DNA of 8,161 nt from Histomonas meleagridis 2922-C6/04-290x (GCA_020184695.1 JAANOX010000127.1:1-8161), one strand, 5' to 3'. Numbered from the stretch's first letter, positions 1-7,853 are shown. Translations and numbers: made by a program. The notes: generated from the letters alone by a model not told the origin.

Positions 1-795
1 TTTCAGAAAATATGTTAAATTCACAAAAAAATTTAAACTCACCTATTAGTAGATAGTAATATATTTTGATAACTCAAAATAATTTACAAAAATTCTTTCT
101 AAGAATAACAAGTTGAAAGCTTGATTTCGAATTTATTATGAATTTATGTGTTCATATTCACTTACAAGTAAAATTAATAAAGAATAAAATGATTCATTTT
201 CTTTTAGAAAAAAAATCATATTCATTTCTTGAATTAATTTGGGAAGAGGTCCGCCTTTTTGAAGGTATAAATTAAAAATATCTTTTCTCCAACTTATTAA
301 ATTCTGTGGCTTAATATATGGAAATAGTTGACTTATTTGACATAAATATATTTCCTGAATGTTAGTATTATTTTTGATATAATTAACATATAATAAATAA
401 AGTTATCATAAGTTTCGAATTTTTATATGTATGATTGTTTGAAGTAGAGTATATGCATATCTTTTACAATTTAAAATATATTGAAATATTTTTAATTTAT
501 CAATAAATTTAATAAATTATAATGTAGCACAATAACTCATTCTGCATTGAAAATATGTATTTTAATTCCATGTTAAAATTGTAAAGTTAATATGAAATAG
601 CTCATAATGTATATCACCATAGTTGTTCTCATGAAAAATATTTGGCATATAAAAATTATGTTTATAAATTTTAAAACTGATTTAATATAAAATTTATCGA
701 ATAAATTAAACATGCGATAAGATTTCATTATTATAACACTGAGTGTTATTGTTGTTTAATGCGCTACTTCCGCATCTTTTTATGTAAAACAAATT
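1..795 (+). repeat. Long inverted repeat IR1, left arm (may extend beyond the window start)
   Basis: Reverse complement of 3580..4367. By manual alignment, 1..765 has no substitutions and only three indels in A/T runs (1 bp near 186, 7 bp near 208-215, 1 bp near 371). 766..795 is more diverged. Confidence 0.97.
733..749. other. Interrupted palindrome ATAACACT-G-AGTGTTAT near the inner end of IR1 (second copy at 3626..3642)
   Basis: Perfect 8-bp arms with a 1-nt spacer, read directly from the sequence. Function unknown. Confidence 0.6.
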
Positions 796-1012
796 TCTTT
801 TCACAATAAGTAATGATTAACAAAAACATAAAAAATATTTTATTACATATCGACTATTTATCACAGTATTAAATCCATTGGTCCTCATCTTCCTTTATCA
901 AACTATTAAATTCATTGTCCACTTCTTCGTGATTTCCTCCCGTATTCGATGACGTATTATTATTTACATTTGACAACGACTTTGTTTTCGTTGTTTGTTT
1001 CTTATTTCTCTT

Positions 1013-1084
1013 CAACATAAATATTACGATCCCGACAATTATCAAAACTATCACAATAGCGCCGCATATAATACCAATTAACAA
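1013..1084 (-). other. Transmembrane helix coding segment of gene A (LLIGIICGAIVIVLIIVGIVIFML)
   Basis: 24 uncharged, mostly hydrophobic residues followed by basic KRNKK, consistent with the positive-inside rule. Confidence 0.85.
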
Positions 1085-1282
1085 TTCATTTGATAACGAA
1101 TTATCTTTTGGTGTAACATCAGTGACAACTAATGTATAAAAGTCAGAATAATAACTATAATAAGACGAATAATATATAACAGTGTAATCGTAATAAATGA
1201 CATTTGTCGATATATAACTGTAAGTAGATTCAAATGTTAACAATGAAATTGTATTTATGTATTTACTATAAAATGTAATCGA

Positions 1283-1408
1283 AAGTGTAATAGATAATGA
1301 ATGAGTTAAAGTGAACGAATGTGTTAAAGATAAAGTTTCATCGGATGAATGAGCAACTGATGCAGTTAGTGAATCCGATTCAGTAAATGTATATGAATTA
1401 GTGAATGT
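1283..1408 (-). repeat. Degenerate 6-aa periodic stalk of gene A
   Basis: TFTNSY TFTESD SLTASV AHSSDE TLSLTH SFTLTH SLSITL. The periodicity is weaker than in B. Confidence 0.5.
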
Positions 1409-2344
1409 GCGTGTTGGCGGGAGACATTCGTCAAGTGTTGTTCCCTTAGTAATTTCCATATTTCCAAATGTTTCATTTTGATATGTTTCTATTGTCATAA
1501 CTATTGTCGCATTGATATTAACAAATGCATCATTTTGTATTTCTGGTGAATTTTCTCCATTAAAATGAATACATTGAAGTGATGTACAATTAACAAATGC
1601 ACATGAATTAATATATTGAACATTTTCATCAATAAAAATTCTTTCTAAATTATTACAACTTGCAAACGCATAATTCATAATAGAAATGACTGAATTAGGA
1701 ATTGTAAATGTTTTACTTTTCATATTCGGATAACTAATAATTTGTGTAATTTCTTTATTATATAAAACGCCATCATTTTCATAATTCGAATATCCAATGT
1801 TTTCTTCTGAAACATTAATAAATTGAAGTTCTGTACATTCTAAAAATGCATTTCCAATTGAAGTAACAGAAATTGGTATATAAATATTCACAAGATTTGT
1901 ACATCCTCTGAATGCATCTGACCCAATACTTCGTACGCCTTCATATAATGTTATCGTTTCAAGTCCTGTACATTTATAAAATGCATTATCACTAATGGTA
2001 TTACATCGAATTGTAATATTATTTAATGAAATACATTCTGCAAAATGCTCCACCTCCAATTGAACTCATTAATTTATCTGGAAATTGGACATATTTTAAT
2101 TGTTTACATGATGAAAATGCTCCACTACCGATATTTTCAACTGTTTCTCCAATTATTACTGTTGTTAACAAAGGCCATTCTCTGAATGCATTACTTTCAA
2201 GCTCCCCAACATCAATAATTATAACACGTTCTGTATCATTCATATAATCATTTGAAAAATCATTGGAATCAGATATTGTGAGTGTTTTTGTCTCTTCGTC
2301 ATATGATTGCTTTGTATTAACAAAAAATATAATCATTAAAATCA
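1394..2344 (-). repeat. Inverted repeat IR2, copy in gene A (LRR core)
   Basis: Reverse complement of 6096..7040. Manual alignment gives 20 substitutions, one 1-bp indel and one 5-bp indel. Confidence 0.97.
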
Positions 2345-2982
2345 GAATAACTTCGTTTTTTTGATGAATGATTTTCTGATTAAAATAAATTTTGGATAAG
2401 AAAGTAAAAACAAAAAATATAAATACGAACAAAGTTATATTTGAATATATAGAAGTAATTAATGTATAAAATATCTTTGGTAGATTTTTAAGAATATTAT
2501 TGCTGTAATTCATTGATAAATTACATCGAAAACTTTCATTAATATGATATATATTATGCAGGATATGAAAGATTGCAGTCATTTTGGAATAAAAATTTGA
2601 AATTATTAAATTTGAAGAAACGAAAGGCTTAAAACCTATTTTATTGTTATTTAGAGAATTGTTGAGTGAAACGCATTGCAGTAAATGATTTATGTTGTTT
2701 ACTGTTTGAATTTTTTGTAAATATATTTTACTCTTTATGTGTTCTCTTATGTTACTTGGGATGTAATGAATGTTTTTGTTATGTACATGCTTGTTCATTG
2801 TTTTATTTTCAGTGATGGAATCAAAATTATATTTATTTGAAATAAAAACATGTTTGCTGAAATTTATGAGGAGGATGAAAGTGCCAATGTGAATCAATGT
2901 CATCATCAATTGAGAATATCCATCATATTTCATCGATTTGGTATATGCGTTTACAATATAAATCTGGTTTGGTTGTAACGAC

Positions 2983-3012
2983 AAACCTTCAATTTTTCAT
3001 TAGAAATGTGTG
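2983..3012 (-). promoter_or_regulatory. Conserved upstream element of gene A containing the mini-ORF ATG AAA AAT TGA
   Basis: cacacatttctaatgaaaaattgaaggttt matches 5434..5463 at 26/30 positions. Its ATG lies 67 nt upstream of the main ATG. Confidence 0.6.
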
Positions 3013-3579
3013 TAACAACTGTTGTTCAATGTGACATGTGAGTTTTCATCGAAATTATTTTGGATGTAAAGGTACACACATGAAGCATTAGGTGACATGA
3101 AAAGATCTCATATACTTGCTCACAAGTGAGGACTTGACATTTGAATAAAATTTAAGGGAAAACGACAAAAAACAACCGACTTTTTATGATAGGAAAGTTA
3201 GAATTGAATGTTCATTCAATATTTGTGTGTTCATGTCAAAATTGTATACTTTCGATTGAAATTATAGAATTTAATCATGATGATCAATCATTAAATAAAA
3301 TTTATGCTAAAATAAATGTTACTGTTTCCATTTGCAGATGGATCATTATCGACATAGCTCGCACTGTTGAGTGATTTTCTATGAACTCGTTCTGGTATAA
3401 ATTTAACGGTTTATTGTAGAACGGGCCCGACTTTTCAAACGATCGTTTGACACACAATAAAATCATCTTTTTGTTCTCATTATTTTTATCTTTAATAATA
3501 TATGGTAAAGATTAATAATAACAGTAAATAATATTCTTATATCTATATAAGACAAAAATTTTTATAAATCTCTATTTAG

Positions 3580-4367
3580 AATTTGTTTTACATAAAAAAA
3601 ATCGGAAGCAGCGCATTAAACAACAATAACACTCAGTGTTATAATAATGAAATCTTATCGCATGTTTAATTTATTCGATAAATTTTATATTAAATCAGTT
3701 TTAAAATTTATAAACATAATTTTTATATGCCAAATATTTTTCATGAGAACAACTATGGTGATATACATTATGAGCTATTTCATATTAACTTTACAATTTT
3801 AACATGGAATTAAAATACATATTTTCAATGCAGAATGAGTTATTGTGCTACATTATAATTTATTAAATTTATTGATAAATTAAAAATATTTCAATATATT
3901 TTAAATTGTAAAAGATATGCATATACTCTACTTCAAACAATCATACATATAAAAATTCGAAACTTATGATAACTTTATTTATTATATGTTAATTATATCA
4001 AAATAATACTAACATTCAGGAAATATATTTATGTCAAATAAGTCAACTATTTCCATATATTAAGCCACAGAATTTAATAAGTTGGAGAAAAGATATTTTT
4101 AATTTATACCTTCAAAAAGGCGGACCTCTTCCCAAATTAATTCAAGAAATGAATATGATCTAAAAGAAAATGAATCATTTTTATTCTTTATTAATTTTAC
4201 TTGTAAGTGAATATGAACACATAAATTCATAATAAATTCGAAATCAAGCTTTCAACTTGTTATTCTTAGAAAGAATTTTTGTAAATTATTTTGAGTTATC
4301 AAAATATATTACTATCTACTAATAGGTGAGTTTAAATTTTTTTGTGAATTTAACATATTTTCTGAAA
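3580..4367 (-). repeat. Long inverted repeat IR1, right arm
   Basis: tctgaaa at 4361-4367 pairs with tttcaga at 1-7, and aatttgttttacata at 3580-3594 pairs with 781-795. Match is continuous in between apart from the differences listed for the left arm. Confidence 0.97.
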
Positions 4368-4408
4368 TAAAAAGGAAAAACACAAAACGACCGTTTATTA
4401 CCAGATAA

Positions 4409-4465
4409 ACAACAATGAAATGCAGAATCTCCAATTGTTATTACATTTTCTCCAATGACAGCTAC
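4409..4465 (-). pseudogene. Single BspA/TpLRR repeat relic (VAVIGENVITIGDSAFHCC)
   Basis: Matches the xIGxxVxxIGxxAFxxC repeat pattern. No start codon, a stop lies immediately upstream in frame, and the DNA is clearly different from the A/B core. Confidence 0.65.
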
Positions 4466-5433
4466 TTATAAATGGATCTAAATTTTGTTATTTTTCTTAT
4501 ATTAAATTTGTTTTCATATCTTTATGCAATTAATTTTTTTTTAACATACTTTAATTCTACCTAAATCATCGTATAACGCACTCCCAATGAATTTCCCCTC
4601 CTGATTAAAGTTTATGACCCCTTGTGTCAAATTACTTTCAACTTTATGAAATTCTAAGATATTAAATTTATTTCAATACCATTTTGTACCAAAATAATTT
4701 CTCTATTCAACTATTTGAAGACATGCATTCAAATACAACTTCTACAAAATGATATTAAAATTTTAAAGTATTTTTTTTAAAAAAGTAAATTAATTGTTGT
4801 TGCCTTGTTTCTGTGGATAATGTAAAGGCATGAAACACTAATAAAACTTGGATTAACCTTATTAAAAACTTGGAATATCTTAAGAATACCAAGGATGATA
4901 AGCGTTTGTTAAAATAATCAAATAGCTTCTAAATCTAAATGAAAAAATCATTTTTTTGTTGTTCATTTATCGAGAAAATATATTTGTTTTTTCTTTTTGA
5001 ATAAATCGATTTTTTTGGACATATAATTCGCTTCTAAGATATTGCTGGATACAAGAAAGGAGCTGTCATCAAAAAACAATAAGGAATTTTTTTTTTAAAA
5101 TGTTCATTGTTTGTGAAGGTAATTTCTGTGAAAATATTTTTGAATGAATTAGATTTTAATTTGACTGTAAAAGGCAGCTAGATTTTAAAATAATTGAAAT
5201 GACTATATAGAAAAGTTGAAGATTTTATTTGAAAGCTCGGTATTGAATTATTGTTGTATTGATCGATTTTGATCGTTTTGCGTGTAAAATTGATATGATT
5301 ACAAGAATATTTTGTATCAAGTTAAAAGAGAAAATGAAAAGAGAACATTATCATCTCACTTATCATTGTTTATGACTCGTATCGCTTAAATTTTTGATGA
5401 CAATTTCAATTTCAGATGAAAAACAATAGGTTT

Positions 5434-5463
5434 CATACATTTTTGATGAAAATTTGAAGGTTT
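5434..5463 (+). promoter_or_regulatory. Conserved upstream element of gene B containing the mini-ORF ATG AAA ATT TGA
   Basis: catacatttttgatgaaaatttgaaggttt; 26/30 identical to the gene A element. Its ATG lies 70 nt upstream of the main ATG. Confidence 0.6.
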
Positions 5464-6095
5464 TTTGTTTGAGTTAAAATCAAGAATATATCTTCCAATT
5501 CCAATCATCAAATTGATGAAAAAATATGAAATATATCTATTAATGACTTTCAGCATTCGTTTTATTGACTTTATTTCCAACACATTTCATGATGAAAATA
5601 TTTTTCATAAAAATATAAAATATATAAATTTCAAAAACAAAAATGAAACAGCAAATCAACAGATCCATAACGAATATCCTCATTATCTGTTCAATAATAA
5701 CAAAAATCATTCAAATAACAAAATTTTATTTTTCTCATATGAAAAGATTCATAAAATAAGTTATAAATATTATCATTTATTAAGTCATTCATTTATAACA
5801 CCATATGATATCTTTAAAAAATGTTTCGAATTAACTTCTTTTTCTAAATTTAAATATCACTTTATTTATACTTTGAAGAAAATTTCAATTTATTTTGATA
5901 TTTATATAATAAATAAAGTCAAAATATTTTATATTTTATTGAGGAATTTCTTTTGTTTCATATTTAAATCAACAATTAACAATTTATATATTAATTCATT
6001 TTTAATTATATTTAATATTCTTTTTCAATTTATTAAATATATTTATAAAAGTTATTTAATTTATGATAAAAATAAACAAAATTTGAAAATATTTT

Positions 6096-7040
6096 TGATT
6101 TTAATGATTATATTTTTTGTTAATACAAAGCAATCATATGACGAAGAGACAAAAACACTCACAATATCTGATTTTAATGATTATTCAAAAGATTATATGA
6201 ATGATACAGAACGTGTTATAATTATTGATGTTGGGGAGCTTGAAAGTAATGCATTCAGAGAATGGCCTTTGTTAACAACAGTAATAATTGGAGAAACAGT
6301 TGAAAATATCGGTAGTGGAGCATTTTCATCATGTAAACAATTAAAATATGTCCAATTTCCAGATAAATTAATGAGTTCAATTGGAGGTGGAGCATTTGCA
6401 GAATGTATTTCATTAAATAATATTACAATTCGATGTAATACCATTAGTGATAATGCATTTTATAAATGTACAGGACTTGAAACGATAACATTATATGAAG
6501 GCGTACGAAGTATTGGGTCAGATGCATTCAGAGGATGTACAAATCTTGTGAATATTTATATACCAATTTCTGTTACTTCGATTGGGAATCCATTTTTAGA
6601 ATGTACAAAACTTCAATTTATTAATGTTTCAGAAGAAAATATTGGATATTCGAATTATGAAAATGATGGGGTTTTATATAATAAAGAAATTACATATATT
6701 ATTAGTTATCCGAATATGAAAAGTAAAACATTTACAATTCCTAAATCAGTCATTTCTATTATGAATTATGCTTTTGCAAGTTGTAATAATTTAGAAAGAA
6801 TTTTTATTGATGAAAATGTTCAATATATTAATTCATGTGCATAATTGTACATCACTTCAATGTATTTATTTTAATGGAGAAATTTCACCAGAAATACGAA
6901 ATGATGCATTTGTTAATATAAATGCGACAATAGTTATGACAATCGAAACATATCAAAATGAAACATTTGGAAATATGGAAATTACTAAGGGAACAACACT
7001 TGACGAATGTTTCCCGCCAACACGCACATTCACTAATTCA
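6096..7040 (+). repeat. Inverted repeat IR2, copy in gene B (LRR core)
   Basis: Runs from tgattttaATGattata (ILMIIFFV) to cactaattca (PPTRTFTNS). Near identity to gene A stops abruptly on both sides. Confidence 0.97.
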
Positions 7041-7133
7041 GATACTTATTCTAACCTAAATACATTTACTAACATAAATACATTTGCTAATTCAAACACA
7101 TTTACGAAATCAAAAAATAATTTTGATTCAAAT
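7026..7133 (+). repeat. Degenerate 18-bp (6-aa) tandem repeat encoding the Ser/Thr/Asn stalk of gene B
   Basis: Units: acattcactaattcagat / acttattctaacctaaat / acatttactaacataaat / acatttgctaattcaaac / acatttacgaaatcaaaa / aataattttgattcaaat. Confidence 0.75.
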
Positions 7134-7412
7134 ACTTATGTTAATACATTTTCAATGAATTTTACTTTTGTTAATACTATTACTTTAACTTATTCTTTAT
7201 CGTTTATAAAAACTTTATCAATTTATTATTATACGAACTTAAAATCTTATTCAGTTACTTTCATTGAATCTGAAACTAAACATATTTATGTCGATTTCAT
7301 ATATTATAATTATACAATTATATATTATCCAGAATATTTTACTTATTATTCGAATTTTTTTTATATTTCTTATATCGAAGATGTAATAATGAACAATGAT
7401 GATAATAATACA

Positions 7413-7487
7413 TTAATTCTCATTATAATTGTTATTGTAATTATAATAATTATTGTATTTGTAATGATAATCATAATATTTATGATT
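7413..7487 (+). other. Transmembrane helix coding segment of gene B (LILIIIVIVIIIIIVFVMIIIIFMI)
   Basis: 25 hydrophobic residues followed by KYQNKKRK. Confidence 0.85.
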
Positions 7488-7607
7488 AAATATCAAAATA
7501 AGAAGCGGAAACAAAATGAAGAAGAAATGAATATTTCAGATGAAAATAATAATAAAATTAATGAAATTGATAATACATTTTCAGTTGGTATTAATAATTC
7601 AAATATT

Positions 7608-7634
7608 GAAGAAGATCCATTTGCAGACGATTTC
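7608..7634 (+). other. Cytosolic tail motif EEDPFADDF (DPF plus FxDxF)
   Basis: Read directly from the ORF. DPF and FxDxF are known AP-2 alpha-appendage binding motifs; a function here is inferred. Confidence 0.55.
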
Positions 7635-7661
7635 AAAGAAGAAAAATTTATCAGTCAGATA

Positions 7662-7665
7662 TAAA
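7662..7665 (+). terminator. Possible trichomonad-type polyadenylation signal UAAA overlapping the stop codon of gene B
   Basis: TAA+A at the stop codon, an arrangement described for Trichomonas vaginalis mRNAs. The motif is very common in AT-rich DNA, so support is weak. Confidence 0.3.
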
Positions 7666-7823
7666 TAAATATATTTTAAGACAAAATATTATAATTTGTT
7701 TATTAATTTAATAAATACAAACTTTTGTGTTATTTAGCAAATTTTATGTTTCTTCTATTATATGATTATTATAGTAAATCTAATTTATCCAAATCATAAA
7801 CACTAAAAGTAAATGATAAATTA

Positions 7824-7853
7824 TAGGGGGTGGAAAAAGTGCGTTCGTCAGCC
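7824..7853 (+). repeat. Candidate terminal inverted repeat of the mariner element (TAGGGGGTGGAAAAAGTGCGTTCGTCAGCC)
   Basis: Abrupt GC-rich block about 45-75 nt past the transposase stop, next to TA. The partner repeat is outside the window, so length and boundaries are unconfirmed. Confidence 0.5.

Larger units (their letters stand above)
869..2933 (-). pseudogene. BspA-like (TpLRR/LRR_5) type I membrane protein gene A, frameshifted by +1 T at 2042-2045 (687 aa if repaired)
   Basis: ORFs 2019..2984 and 869..2059 join into one gene if GCATTTTGCA is read as GCATTTGCA, as in paralog B. About 9 repeats of the type LxxIxIPxxVxxIGxxAFxxC, a typical DGVLYNK insert, Ser/Thr stalk, Tyr-rich segment, TM helix and acidic tail. 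First in-frame ATG at 2933, in a context shared with gene B (caaatYgATGaaa). Confidence 0.88.
5516..7664 (+). pseudogene. BspA-like (TpLRR/LRR_5) type I membrane protein gene B, frameshifted by a 5-bp deletion at ~6842 (717 aa if repaired)
   Basis: ORFs 5465..6844 and 6807..7664 join if TTGTT is restored (A: GCA TTT GTT AAT TGT; B: GCA TAA TTG T). Same domain order as A. First in-frame ATG at 5516. Confidence 0.88.

Noticed and set aside
189-275. 28-aa ORF MIHFLLEKKSYSFLELIWEEVRLFEGIN in the left IR1 arm, disrupted by the 7-bp indel in the right arm
   Set aside because: Too short and without recognisable similarity; no evidence that it is expressed.
869-2059. 396-aa ORF as a stand-alone gene starting MEVEHF
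   Set aside because: The first residues come from the wrong frame upstream of the +T lesion. The sequence is the 3' part of gene A. The same applies to 6807..7664 for gene B.
2026-2247. 73-aa plus-strand ORF
   Set aside because: Antisense shadow of the LRR core of gene A. It recurs at 6193..6444 only because the core is duplicated.
2934-2984. TTG starts given by the ORF track (2984 and 5465), and a possible GTTTGT intron donor at 2986
   Set aside because: Non-ATG starts are unlikely in a eukaryote. The GTTTGT is not conserved in B (GTTTTT), and I found no trichomonad-type ACTAAC branch/3' splice motif nearby.
3186-3374. 62-aa plus-strand ORF
   Set aside because: Short, with no recognisable motif or homolog within the window. 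It cannot be excluded but is unsupported.
3580-3620. LFYIKKIGSSAL reading at the inner end of IR1, resembling an LRR KIGxxAF motif
   Set aside because: Lacks the Phe and Cys of the repeat, the other arm reads KRCGSSAL, and the match is too short to support.
5386-5583. 65-aa minus-strand ORF
   Set aside because: Overlaps the start and upstream element of gene B in antisense and uses a non-ATG start; most likely spurious.
6193-6444. 83-aa minus-strand ORF
   Set aside because: Antisense shadow of the LRR core of gene B; no independent evidence of coding.
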